A DNA stretch of 27,908 nt from Halodesulfurarchaeum sp. (GCA_042216015.1 JBDGUI010000033.1:14881-42788); one strand, 5' to 3'; counted from the first letter of the stretch, positions 8,533 through 17,496 are shown. The notes: generated from the letters alone by a model not told the origin. Translations and numbers: made by a program.

Positions 8533-8766
8533 ATGGTCGTTGCCTACGCACTCCTCGAGGCGGAAACGGGAGCGATCGAAGACCTGCGAGCGACCGTCGC
8601 CGAGATCGAGTCCGCCGAGGCCGTCCACGTCGTGGCCGGCGACGTGGACCTGATCGCCCGAATCGAGGTCGAGGATCCGGGTGCCGTTTCCGAGGTCATC
8701 ACCGGCGAGATCGCCGGTCTCGACGGGATCCTCGACACCGAGACCTACATCAGCATGGACGGATGA
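8533..8766 (+). CDS. Stand-alone Lrp/AsnC ligand-binding (RAM) domain protein, 77 aa
   Basis: AYALLEAETG...VHVVAGDVDLIARI...IAGLDGILDTETYIS pattern; no HTH domain. Confidence 0.85.
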   Translation: MVVAYALLEAETGAIEDLRATVAEIESAEAVHVVAGDVDLIARIEVEDPGAVSEVITGEIAGLDGILDTETYISMDG

Positions 8767-9236
8767 GCGAGGGGCTCGCGGCCGCATTCCGGGACCGACC
8801 CGGCTTCCACGCGGAGAAGTCGGACATCTTCGGCGTCGAGGCACTCGAGTTCGAGGCACGGGTGACCGTCGGGAAGGGGACGGTGACCCTCGTCCAGGAG
8901 CTCCCCACCCTCGATGCGACCGTGGTCGGCGAGACCGTCGCCCCCGTCGTCGAGGACGGATGGGAGGAGACCCTCGAACGACGCGTCATGGACGTGACCG
9001 GCGTCGTCGACCCGGTTTCCGGGCCGTCGGTGAAACGGCGAGACGGGACGATCCGCGTCGAGATGGAACTCGAGGATGGCGGGAAACCCGTCGCCGAGGC
9101 CGTCCGTCACGCGGCCGACTTCGTCGAGAGCACCTGGGTCGAGGGGATCATCCCCGGGTACGACTACGACGAGCGGGTGAAGCGGATCCGAAATCGGGCC
9201 ATGGAGACGGCCGAAAGCGGGACGCCGGGGAACTGA
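8763..9236 (+). CDS. Conserved haloarchaeal hypothetical protein (DUF5813-like)
   Basis: ATGA overlap with the upstream Lrp gene. Acidic protein with PTLDA, VEDGWEETLERR and FVESTWVEGIIPGYDY segments recalled from this family. Confidence 0.7.
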   Translation: MSEGLAAAFRDRPGFHAEKSDIFGVEALEFEARVTVGKGTVTLVQELPTLDATVVGETVAPVVEDGWEETLERRVMDVTGVVDPVSGPSVKRRDGTIRVEMELEDGGKPVAEAVRHAADFVESTWVEGIIPGYDYDERVKRIRNRAMETAESGTPGN

Positions 9237-9242
9237 TATTCG

Positions 9243-9659
9243 TTACCGGACGATGGTCACCGGGATCGGAGAGCGGCGCACGACGGACTCGGCGACGCTC
9301 CCGAGGAGAATTCGGGTCACGCCAGAGCGGCCGTGGCTGCCCATGACGACGTGGTCGACGTCGTTGTCCTCGACGTAGGAGACGATGGTTCGGGAGGGTC
9401 GGCCGACCTCGATCGCCGTCTCGACCTCGTATTCCGCAAGCGGGGCCTCGGCGTCCTCGAAGAGCGACGCTGCCTCCTCCTTCCGGTTCTCGTACCACTC
9501 CTCGGAGTAGCCAGGCATGGTCGCAGCCGCGCTGTAACCGGCCTCGACGGGATCGATGACGTGGAGCAGCGTGACGGCGTCCGGTTCGAGCGTCTCGGCG
9601 GTGTACTCGATCGCCCGCTTGGACTGCGCAGACCCGTCGATCGGCACCAGGACGTTCAT
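9243..9659 (-). CDS. Universal stress protein (UspA family)
   Basis: VLVPIDGS, LLHVID and VVMGSHGRSGVTRILLGSVAESVVRRSPIPVTIVR. Confidence 0.93.
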   Translation of the reverse strand: MNVLVPIDGSAQSKRAIEYTAETLEPDAVTLLHVIDPVEAGYSAAATMPGYSEEWYENRKEEAASLFEDAEAPLAEYEVETAIEVGRPSRTIVSYVEDNDVDHVVMGSHGRSGVTRILLGSVAESVVRRSPIPVTIVR

Positions 9660-9729
9660 GGGAGAAAATTCGGCATGAGCAGGCATATAGTTACGGGCCG
9701 ATTTTCGGCGTTGCCGGGGAAAGGGCTGC

Positions 9730-11547
9730 TCAGTCCCGGCCGTGGCGGGTGAGACAGAACGGCAGCCCCATCACCTCGACCGGTTTGGAGTTGTCCGGGG
9801 AGTACACCGCCATGCTCCCGCGCCGCATGTCAGTGACTCGAGACTCGAGGGACGTGGGAAGGTTCAGGCTGGAGACGGCGTCCTCGTCTCCCAGCGTGAG
9901 CGCGATCCGGGTGTTGACCTGCTTGAACACCGGATCGGCGATGTCCTGTGGGTCCTGCGTGATGAGAAAGAGCCCGAGTCGCTCCTTGCGCCCCTGCTTT
10001 GCCGCCTCGGTGAACTTGCCGATGACCCGTCGGGCCTGGACGGTCTCGGCATCGGCGAGGAAGTTGTGGGCCTCGTCCATCCCGACGATCAAGGGTGTCT
10101 CCTTGAGGCGATCGAACCGTGGATCACTCGAGAGCTTCTGGTCGATGAGCAGGCTCGAGAGCGCGAGCACCACCATCTCGGCCGCCCGGGTGGAGGAGAG
10201 ATGGTAGGTCGGGACGACCGAGAGCCGACCCGGCCGGACGAACTCGTGGACCAGGTCGGTGATGGGGCGGGCGTCCTGGTCGAAGACGCCGCCTGGAACG
10301 GCATTGACACGGCGCATGACGGCGTCGTAGGTCTTCTCGTGGACTGCGCCGGTTTCGTCGAGTTCCTGTCGGAGTGCCGGGTCGTCGAGGAAGGAAAGAA
10401 AGGATGTGTAGGTGGCCTCGCCGCTCCGTTCGTCGAAGAAGCGATCGAGCAAGAGATCGAGGCCGTTGAACTGGTTGTCGTTGAGGGTGCTCCCGGCCAA
10501 AAGCCACGGGTTCGACTTGACCATCGAGAACGGGATCGTGAAGTGCTGCTGTTCGGCCCGGTGGTGCCCGGCGGCATAGCGGGCGTCCCCCACTTTCGGC
10601 ACGAAGGCGACCGTGTCGTCGTGGCCTCCGTACGCGATTCCCTGGGCGTCGAGGTCGCGCTTCGCAGCCTCGTCCAAATCCGGATTGTCGTCGTGCATCT
10701 GGGCGTACTCGTCCTGGGGATCGAACTGGACGACGGCCGCCCGGGGAGTCCGACCGCTCCCGGGGTCGATCGCGTAGCGGCGGTCCTCGGTGAGGTACTG
10801 GCGGAGGACGTTTTTCGCGGTGTGGGTCTTCCCCGAGCCGGTCCCGCCGGCGACGAGGACGTGGCGGAAGATCAGCGGATCGGCGCCGGTCTCGCCGTCC
10901 TCCAGTCGGTAATCGACCGTCGGCGGACTCGCCTGGGTCTCGATCTTCTCGCCGCCCACGGCGAGGTGACCGAGGAAGACACCCGAGTCGGGCAGATCCA
11001 GACCGGTTCGGATCTTCTCGTGGTCGCTTGCGTGCCGGACCACCGTCTCCGGTTTTGGCACCCGATCGGGAGCCCGACGCAGGAGGTCCTCGCCCTCGGG
11101 GTACAGGACCGCGAGCGGCTCGAGGTCGGCCATGAGTTTGTAGTCCCGCTCGTCGATCCCCGAAGAGCGCATCGCGCGTCGGGCGTGGATCTCGGTGGCG
11201 TCGTCGCTCCGGTATGCCTGGGCGTACTCGAGGCCGGTCACCCGGCAGAACAGCGTCTCCCCGTCGGGATACGGCGCGAGGAGGTACGTGCCGAGCCTGA
11301 CCTCCGTTCGGTTCCCCGCGGTCACGTAGGCTCTGAGGCGGTTCTCCTCGCGTTCCTCGGCGACGCGGAGGCCCTCCGAGACGGCGAGGGCCCCGACGCC
11401 GGTGTCACTTCCCCTGGCGGTGACCTCGGGGCGGTCGAACTCCCGGTCTTCGGGGCCGCTCCCCCGGGCTGAATCCCCCGAATTCTTCTCGTCCTCGGGC
11501 TCCGATCCGTCCCCCTGGAAGTCCGAAAACGATCCAAGATCGTTCAT
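9730..11547 (-). CDS. HerA/FtsK-superfamily ATPase (HerA-like helicase/translocase)
   Basis: N-terminal HAS-barrel-like beta region, Walker A HVLVAGGTGSGKT, FDPQDEY, Walker B VGMDEAHNF, and Arg-finger region QGRKERLGLFLITQDP. Start placed at ATG 11547. Confidence 0.88.
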   Translation of the reverse strand: MNDLGSFSDFQGDGSEPEDEKNSGDSARGSGPEDREFDRPEVTARGSDTGVGALAVSEGLRVAEEREENRLRAYVTAGNRTEVRLGTYLLAPYPDGETLFCRVTGLEYAQAYRSDDATEIHARRAMRSSGIDERDYKLMADLEPLAVLYPEGEDLLRRAPDRVPKPETVVRHASDHEKIRTGLDLPDSGVFLGHLAVGGEKIETQASPPTVDYRLEDGETGADPLIFRHVLVAGGTGSGKTHTAKNVLRQYLTEDRRYAIDPGSGRTPRAAVVQFDPQDEYAQMHDDNPDLDEAAKRDLDAQGIAYGGHDDTVAFVPKVGDARYAAGHHRAEQQHFTIPFSMVKSNPWLLAGSTLNDNQFNGLDLLLDRFFDERSGEATYTSFLSFLDDPALRQELDETGAVHEKTYDAVMRRVNAVPGGVFDQDARPITDLVHEFVRPGRLSVVPTYHLSSTRAAEMVVLALSSLLIDQKLSSDPRFDRLKETPLIVGMDEAHNFLADAETVQARRVIGKFTEAAKQGRKERLGLFLITQDPQDIADPVFKQVNTRIALTLGDEDAVSSLNLPTSLESRVTDMRRGSMAVYSPDNSKPVEVMGLPFCLTRHGRD

Positions 11548-11614
11548 GGCCCGAGTCCGGTCGGGAGCAACTAACCCCTTTCCCCCGCCTCGGATCCATC
11601 TACCCCCACCACAT

Positions 11615-12871
11615 TCAGAACTCCCGGCCCCACCGCTCGGCGTTGTAATTCCGGTCCTCCCGCGTGTCGAAGGCGACCTCCAGGCGCCGGACGATTTCGG
11701 TCTTCTCCTCGCTCCCGATCCTGGCCAGTTCGTCGGCCTTCGCGATCGGCAGCGGCGGACCGCGCTCGGCCGCGACGCCCCGGAGCACGGCCTGCTCGAC
11801 CGTCGACCGAATCGCCGGGTCCTCGGCGAATCCGGCGGGGAGTTCGATCTTGAAGAGCAGGTCCGTGCGCGGATCATAGACCACGAAGAAGGCCACCTCG
11901 TAGTCCGTGGCCGGACGATCCCGCTCGACTCCCAGTTCCGCCTCGGGGCCGGCGAAGACCCCATCGGCGCCCAGCCGGGACCGGAACCACCCGGTCCAGG
12001 TGAGTTCGTCCGTCACCCGCTCGTCCGGGCGGCCGCCACGCTCGCGCTGCTCCAGAATTTGGGTGAAGAGGGCCGCGTCGCTGGCCCAGGGGCTCGGGCG
12101 ACCGGTTTCGGCGAGCGCCCGGATGAGCCCGCGGGACTGGGGGCTCTTGACGAATCCCACGAGGGGGACCCCGCGGTCGAGGAAGTCCTCGACGAGGGCG
12201 ACGTAGTTCTCGAGCACCTCCCGGACGAGGTCGTTCTCCCCCGCAAGGTCACCGATCGAGCCGTGTCGGCCCCGCCAGTGGAACAGCCCCTTCGGATACA
12301 GCGGCCCGTCGAGGAAGAGCACGTCCTCGACCTGGTCCGCGTGTTCGCGGGCGTGGTGACTCTCCGCGAGGTAGAGCGCGAGACCGTGGACGATCCGCTC
12401 CTCGTCGCGAGCCATCGGCTCGGTGTGGACGATTCGGCCCCTGCCGTGGCCCGCATCGAACGGGTCCCAGCCGTCGGTGCCGTGATTCACGCTGACGTCG
12501 TTCGAGTGGACCGGCATGATGTAGGTCCGGGCACGGTGGAGGTTCAGATCGGAGGGGACGGCGGCCATCGCCGCCTGCGCGAGGTCGAGCAGGAGCCCGT
12601 TCTTGAAGGTCGTGGGATTGATCGTGCCCGAATCGAGGCCGTGGGCCGTCTCGAAGGGCGAGTCCTGAAGGGCCAGATCGTCGATCGGCGCGGCTCGGCG
12701 GGTCACCGACTCGACCGGTTCGAGGACCGCCTTCCCGTCTGTCCGGAGCGGGTCGAGATGGTTAGCCCAGACGGTTTCGGCGAGGTCCCGGTGGGCCTCT
12801 GGATCGGCGTCGTGGCGGATGCGACTGGCGAGGGAGGCGATCCCGTCGTAGTGGACGGGGTCGATCGTCAT
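11615..12871 (-). CDS. nurA: NurA-like 5'-3' nuclease (RNase H fold)
   Basis: Catalytic-type motifs GLDSG, FLDGPL, VGFVKSP and PLPIAKADELARI; immediately upstream of the HerA-like gene. Confidence 0.8.
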   Translation of the reverse strand: MTIDPVHYDGIASLASRIRHDADPEAHRDLAETVWANHLDPLRTDGKAVLEPVESVTRRAAPIDDLALQDSPFETAHGLDSGTINPTTFKNGLLLDLAQAAMAAVPSDLNLHRARTYIMPVHSNDVSVNHGTDGWDPFDAGHGRGRIVHTEPMARDEERIVHGLALYLAESHHAREHADQVEDVLFLDGPLYPKGLFHWRGRHGSIGDLAGENDLVREVLENYVALVEDFLDRGVPLVGFVKSPQSRGLIRALAETGRPSPWASDAALFTQILEQRERGGRPDERVTDELTWTGWFRSRLGADGVFAGPEAELGVERDRPATDYEVAFFVVYDPRTDLLFKIELPAGFAEDPAIRSTVEQAVLRGVAAERGPPLPIAKADELARIGSEEKTEIVRRLEVAFDTREDRNYNAERWGREF

Positions 12872-13128
12872 ACTGGCCGGCTACTGGCCCCAGCGTAATC
12901 ACGCCTCGGGTTGTGGACTCGTGACCTGATCTCGGGCCGACTCACGTCGTGGTCTCGGGGGATGGGCGTGCAACGAGGTCGTGAACTCGTGTGGAAGGGG
13001 ATCGGACGGGTCCGATCCGGTTCGGGGTGGACTGGTCCGGCGTTCGTATTTGAACGTTCGGAGGAGGGCCGTCGACGGCACCGTGAGGCCGCGCCATTTC
13101 AGAGAGCAGGGGAGACGTGCCGATCCTC

Positions 13129-14163
13129 TCAATGAACCCCGCCGAGAAACACCGTCTGGACCACGACGAACAGCCCGACGAGCAGATAGACGGCGATGAG
13201 AAGCCACATCACCGTCGTCTCGGAGAGGCGATTGTTGAGAAATGCCCCGGCCTGCCCCCCGAACAGGCAGCCGGTGGCGACGAACGAGCCGATGAGAAAC
13301 GGGACGGTGAAGCCATCACCGGTCACCGCCGGGGCGAACGCCAGCAGTGCGAGATTCGCGAGCAACGCGGCCACGATGGTGACGTGCAGGACGAGCGCGC
13401 TCGTTCCCGTCGAGAGTTTCAGGGGGACCCGCCGACGCAGCGCGAGCATCGTCTGTGAGAGTTCGCCGATGGCGATACCCACCAGCCCGGCAAGGACGCC
13501 GCCGAGGGCCGATATCAGAACGTCGGCCGTCTCGAGGTGAAAGACGGTTCCATCGCTCCCGTCACCGATCAACGCGATGCCGTTGGCCCGTTCGTCCGTG
13601 GACGCGGCGGGACCGCCCATCGTGGTGCTCGGTGGCGTCTCCGCGGCGTCGTGAGTATCGGTCATGACCCGCGTCCGGGGCTCGTACTCCTCCCTGAGGA
13701 CCGCCAGGAGCGACAGTTCCGGTTTCTCGGCCACCGTATCCACCACCGACGGACCGTGGCCGTGGGATTCATAGAGGACGATCGAGAGCATCACGAGCAG
13801 GATCCCGAAACCGATCATCAATACGTCGGAGGGAACGTAGTACGACCCGGCCCGGGCGAGCATGGCGGTCGGAACGGTGAGCACCAGCAGTTTCGCCGCG
13901 ATATTGAAGTCGATCTGGTGGCGATACCAGTAGGCCAGGACCGAGGAGGAGTACCCGAACAGTTCGACGAAGAGTGCGAGGCCGATGGCCGCGTTCGTGG
14001 CGAGCGGGGGAAAGCCGGGAACGAGGACCGGAAACACGAACAGGAACGCCGGCACGAACAGCACCGCCGCCTCCATCGCGAAGGTGTTGACCGTGGTCGC
14101 GATGACGAATCCGAGCAGGACGAGCATCACCAGTCCGCCAGGGGGGATCCCAGTCCCGAACAT
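13129..14163 (-). CDS. TauE/SafE (TSUP, sulfite exporter family) membrane transporter
   Basis: About 8 TM helices in two repeats: EAAVLFVPAF...AIGLALFVELFG and GGVLAGLVGIAIGEL...GTSALV...GGQAGA, with a long central hydrophilic loop. Confidence 0.8.
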   Translation of the reverse strand: MFGTGIPPGGLVMLVLLGFVIATTVNTFAMEAAVLFVPAFLFVFPVLVPGFPPLATNAAIGLALFVELFGYSSSVLAYWYRHQIDFNIAAKLLVLTVPTAMLARAGSYYVPSDVLMIGFGILLVMLSIVLYESHGHGPSVVDTVAEKPELSLLAVLREEYEPRTRVMTDTHDAAETPPSTTMGGPAASTDERANGIALIGDGSDGTVFHLETADVLISALGGVLAGLVGIAIGELSQTMLALRRRVPLKLSTGTSALVLHVTIVAALLANLALLAFAPAVTGDGFTVPFLIGSFVATGCLFGGQAGAFLNNRLSETTVMWLLIAVYLLVGLFVVVQTVFLGGVH

Positions 14164-14234
14164 CACCACCACCCCTCGGACCCGGAGGAGACACGACCAC
14201 CAACCTGGGCCATCGGATCACGACACGTCGTCAT
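14163..14234 (-). CDS. Putative 23-aa upstream ORF / leader peptide (MTTCRDPMAQVGGRVSSGSEGWW)
   Basis: ATG at 14234 lies about 30 nt downstream of a BRE/TATA-like CGAAAACAACCTTTTT. Its TGA overlaps the TauE ATG (TGATG). Confidence 0.35.
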   Translation of the reverse strand: MTTCRDPMAQVGGRVSSGSEGWW

Positions 14235-14383
14235 GAATTGCAAGCCCGTTTTCCATCGGCGGGGAAAAAGGTTGTTTTCGGGGCGACGATGGGGGATTCG
14301 TTTCCAGACCACGGCGAGAGACCGGAATTCGAGGGGCGGTCACGGGCCGCTCGGTGACCCCGCTGGCGAGGCTCAGACTGGCC

Positions 14384-14875
14384 CTACAGGAGCGACTCCA
14401 CAGCCTCCTCGACGGACATCACGCCCTGATCGAGTGCATTGAGAATCCCCCTGACCTCCTCCCGTTGTGCATCGGTATCCGGCGCTTCTACCCACAGCTC
14501 GTCCATCGGTTCGCCGGCCTCGAGAGCCAGTTCCTTTTTCACCCGGTAGGCGCCGTTTTCGGTGATGATATCGGCAGGGTGGAAGAAGTACCACTCCTCC
14601 CGGTCGAAGCGGGCGGCGATCCGGGGCTTCGCGCCGAAGGAGTCGGCGAAGTAGCGCAGGGCCTCGACCTCTTCGCTCGTGAGATAGATCGGGTCGCCGG
14701 CGCTCGCCTTGGCCTCGATGGCGTAGAAGACGGTGCCGTTGCCCGCGAGGACGTCCGGGAGTTCCCGCTCGGTGGCGCTCCCGCTGGCCGGGGCGCGCAT
14801 GACGGCGAAACCGTTCTCGTCCAGGGCGTTGACCAGTTCCCGTTCCCGGCGGTCGCCCTTGCGGTTGGCGGACAT
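14384..14875 (-). CDS. hjc: Archaeal Holliday junction resolvase
   Basis: [28 protein letters not shown] and AIEAK (PD-(D/E)xK) motifs. Confidence 0.94.
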   Translation of the reverse strand: MSANRKGDRRERELVNALDENGFAVMRAPASGSATERELPDVLAGNGTVFYAIEAKASAGDPIYLTSEEVEALRYFADSFGAKPRIAARFDREEWYFFHPADIITENGAYRVKKELALEAGEPMDELWVEAPDTDAQREEVRGILNALDQGVMSVEEAVESLL

Positions 14876-14923
14876 TCGTCTCGGGAAAGGAACGGGTTGG
14901 TAAAAACCTCGACGGGTTCGCGG

Positions 14924-15667
14924 TTACTCGCTCTGGATCCGCGGCGCGAGCATGTAGGTGACGTTGCCCAGGCCCTCCGCGATCTCGAAGTGGAGTTTGA
15001 CGGGGAACTCCTCGCCGAGTTCCACGACGACCTCGCCGTCCGCGGGGATGGCCTTGTCCATGTCCTTGAGGTAATCGAGGGAGAAAAGCGAGTGGGCGTC
15101 CCCGAGTTCGAGCTGGATGAGGTCCCCGGCCTCGAGTTCGAGGTGAACGTCGTCGGTGTCGCCCTGTGCGTCGACGTAGAAGTGCTCCTTCTCGGTGTCG
15201 ACGCCGAGCGCGATGTGATCCGAGACCATGTCCGCCGCCCGGACCGCCCGGTCGATGTCCCGGCCCTCGATGACGATGCGGGCCGGGAGGTCCAGATCGG
15301 GGAGGTCCGGTTCCTGGCGGATCGAGTCGGGGTCGATGAGCGCGAGGGTGTACTCCAGCCCGTCGATGTGGATGTGGAGTTTCCGGGTCTCCTCGTCGAG
15401 TTCGAGCTGGATGAGCTGGCCGGAATCGGCCATCCCGGCGATGTCCTCGAGCCGGGAGAGGTCCACGCCGATGACCCCGCCGTCCGCCTCGTATGACTCG
15501 AAGGCCGCGGCCTCGAGGTCCAGGTCTACCATCCCCACGTTCGCCGGGTCGACCGCTCGAATCTCGAGGCCCGCTTCGGTGAGGTGGATCTTGCATTCGT
15601 CCACCAACACGCTCACGGAGTCGAGGGTGGTCCGGAGCGTCTCGGCGCTGACGATGGCCGTAAACAT
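14924..15667 (-). CDS. pcn: DNA polymerase sliding clamp (PCNA)
   Basis: 247 aa; [36 protein letters not shown] and YMLAPRI. Confidence 0.96.
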   Translation of the reverse strand: MFTAIVSAETLRTTLDSVSVLVDECKIHLTEAGLEIRAVDPANVGMVDLDLEAAAFESYEADGGVIGVDLSRLEDIAGMADSGQLIQLELDEETRKLHIHIDGLEYTLALIDPDSIRQEPDLPDLDLPARIVIEGRDIDRAVRAADMVSDHIALGVDTEKEHFYVDAQGDTDDVHLELEAGDLIQLELGDAHSLFSLDYLKDMDKAIPADGEVVVELGEEFPVKLHFEIAEGLGNVTYMLAPRIQSE

Positions 15668-15675
15668 CTTGGTCC

Positions 15676-15700
15676 GGGATTGGGCGCAATCCCATAAAAA
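15676..15700 (-). promoter_or_regulatory. PCNA promoter: TATA-like TTTTTAT followed by inverted repeat GGGATTG-N4-CAATCCC
   Basis: Plus-strand ATAAAAA at 15694-15700, about 27-33 nt before the ATG; inverted repeat at 15676-15693. Confidence 0.55.
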
Positions 15701-15791
15701 GCCACCCGTTCGCACCGGGGCTGCCGGTTGGGCCTCCATGGCCCCAGCGCCCACCGTCAGCCACTTCTCGCCGGCTCTCAAAGGACGGCCA

Positions 15792-16559
15792 ATGAGTGGA
15801 AAGGACGAGTACTACAACAGGGCCAAACAGGAGGGCTACCGGTCCCGATCCGCCTACAAGCTCTCACAGATCGACGAGCAGGTCGGTCTGCTCGACCCGG
15901 GCGATACCGTCCTCGACCTGGGCGCCGCCCCCGGCGGCTGGCTCCAGGTCGCCGCCGAGCGGGTGGGTGAGGCCGGGCGGGTCATCGGGGTCGACTTCCA
16001 GCGCATCGACCCCGTCGAGACGGGCGACGTGGAGACGATCAGGGGCGATATGACCGAGGAGCGAACGCAGGAGCGAATGGCCGAACTCGCCCCCGACACC
16101 GTCGACGTGGTCGTCTCGGACATGGCCCCCAACATGACCGGCGAGTACGATCTGGACCACGCCAGGTCGGTGCACCTCGCCCGAACCGCCCTCGAGATCG
16201 CCGAGCAGTTCCTGGACTCCGGGGGCAATTTCGTTGCCAAGGTCTTCGAGGGCCGCGATCTCGACGATTTCGTGGCGGACGTCGAGGGGGAGTTCGACAT
16301 GGTCAGCATCGTCCGACCGGACGCCTCCCGGGACTCCTCCTCGGAGGTCTTCGTCGTTGGCCTGGGCCGGCTCACCGCCCCAGTTACGGAGGGCGAGACC
16401 TGCGATGTGACCATCGAGGCCACAGGCGAAGACGGCGACGGGATCGCGTACGTCGAGGGCTACACGCTCTTCGTCCCGGAAGCGAACGTCGGCGAGAGGG
16501 TGACCGTCGAGATCACGGACGTAAAACCGCGGTTTGGCTTCGCCGAGCGAGTGGAGTGA
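15792..16559 (+). CDS. rlmE: 23S rRNA (uridine-2'-O)-methyltransferase RlmE/FtsJ with C-terminal TRAM domain
   Basis: [33 protein letters not shown] and [14 protein letters not shown] motif [15 protein letters not shown]...FGFAE. Confidence 0.95.
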   Translation: MSGKDEYYNRAKQEGYRSRSAYKLSQIDEQVGLLDPGDTVLDLGAAPGGWLQVAAERVGEAGRVIGVDFQRIDPVETGDVETIRGDMTEERTQERMAELAPDTVDVVVSDMAPNMTGEYDLDHARSVHLARTALEIAEQFLDSGGNFVAKVFEGRDLDDFVADVEGEFDMVSIVRPDASRDSSSEVFVVGLGRLTAPVTEGETCDVTIEATGEDGDGIAYVEGYTLFVPEANVGERVTVEITDVKPRFGFAERVE

Positions 16560-16591
16560 GCGCTCAACAGGGGCGAGTAACGAAACGTGGA

Positions 16592-17305
16592 TCAGTCGGC
16601 CGTGGGCGTCGGTCGGGCGTTTTCCCGGCCGCGAATGAGGCCCACGAAGAGATAGACGAACGGGGTATCGAGCAGGGCGATCGCGAGTTTGAACACGTAT
16701 TGGCCGACGATCAGGGACGCGATGACTCCGAGCGGGAGTGGATCGCCGGTTCCGAGTGCCAGCGGCACGAGATGGAAGCCGAGAACGACGAAGATGACGG
16801 TGTCCAGAAGCTGGCTGGTCGCCGTCGAGCCGATGTTGCGGAGCCAGAGGTGGGGCCCGCCCGTCACGTCCCTGAGGCGGTGAAACACGATCACGTCCCA
16901 GTTCTGGCTCACCAGGTAGGCTGCCAGGCTCGCCACGACGACGTTCGTACTCGCCCCGAGAACGCTCGCGAACGTGTCCGGCGCGACCGGCGAGGTGGGC
17001 GCAGCGGGGGCCAGAATGGTGCTCCACACCAGGGCCAGGAGGACGAAATTGAGAGCGAAGGCCACGTTCACCAGCACCTGGGCCGCCCGTCGGCCGTAGA
17101 TTTCGGCATAGATGTCAGAGGCGAAGAACGTCAGCGCGTAGGCCAACGCGGCCCCGGGAAGCAGGAGTGACTTCCCGGCGACCGGGATCGCGAACGGGAG
17201 CTCGAAGGCGAGTACCTTCGAAGCGGTGAGCTGGGCGGTCACCAGCGCGGTGACGAACAGCCCGATCACGGCGACCTGTGCAATGGGCGTCTCTCGATCG
17301 GTCAT
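16592..17305 (-). CDS. Queuosine/archaeosine precursor (preQ0/preQ1) transporter, YhhQ/Vut_1 family
   Basis: ASKV, YALTFFASDIYAEIYG, ASLAAYLVSQNWDV, LWLRNIGSTATSQLLDTVIF and KLAIALLDTPFVY. Confidence 0.9.
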   Translation of the reverse strand: MTDRETPIAQVAVIGLFVTALVTAQLTASKVLAFELPFAIPVAGKSLLLPGAALAYALTFFASDIYAEIYGRRAAQVLVNVAFALNFVLLALVWSTILAPAAPTSPVAPDTFASVLGASTNVVVASLAAYLVSQNWDVIVFHRLRDVTGGPHLWLRNIGSTATSQLLDTVIFVVLGFHLVPLALGTGDPLPLGVIASLIVGQYVFKLAIALLDTPFVYLFVGLIRGRENARPTPTAD

Positions 17306-17496
17306 CGATCCTCCGTCCCCGTCGTCGCTGCGTCCAGGCGATCGTGACGGGCGTCGATCTCGTCGAGCAGGTCGAGCGTCTTCCGGATCGAGGTTCGAAT
17401 GGCGTCACTCCGGGTGACGAACTTGCCGTCCTCGCCGACGTGCTCGTCGAGGTCAGCGAGGAGTTCGTCCGGGATCTCGACGCTAATCTTGGGCAT
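17302..17496 (-). CDS. Ribbon-helix-helix (CopG/MetJ/NikR-like) DNA-binding protein
   Basis: MPKISVEIPDELLADLD...FVTRSDAIRTSIR; ATGA overlap with the YhhQ gene. Confidence 0.87.
   Translation of the reverse strand: MPKISVEIPDELLADLDEHVGEDGKFVTRSDAIRTSIRKTLDLLDEIDARHDRLDAATTGTEDR

Noticed and set aside
9742..12898. Plus-strand ORFs of 576 aa and 498 aa, and the 139-aa N-terminal extension of the HerA-like ORF
   Set aside because: These are antisense to or overlap herA and nurA, and have non-haloarchaeal composition.
12899..13207. Short ORFs in the nurA-tauE gap
   Set aside because: Basic R/S/P-rich translations with no acidic bias or recognisable motif.
15228..15791. N-terminal extension of rlmE in the 443-aa ORF
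   Set aside because: It is the Ser/Arg-rich antisense of pcn; the RlmE sequence begins at ATG 15792.
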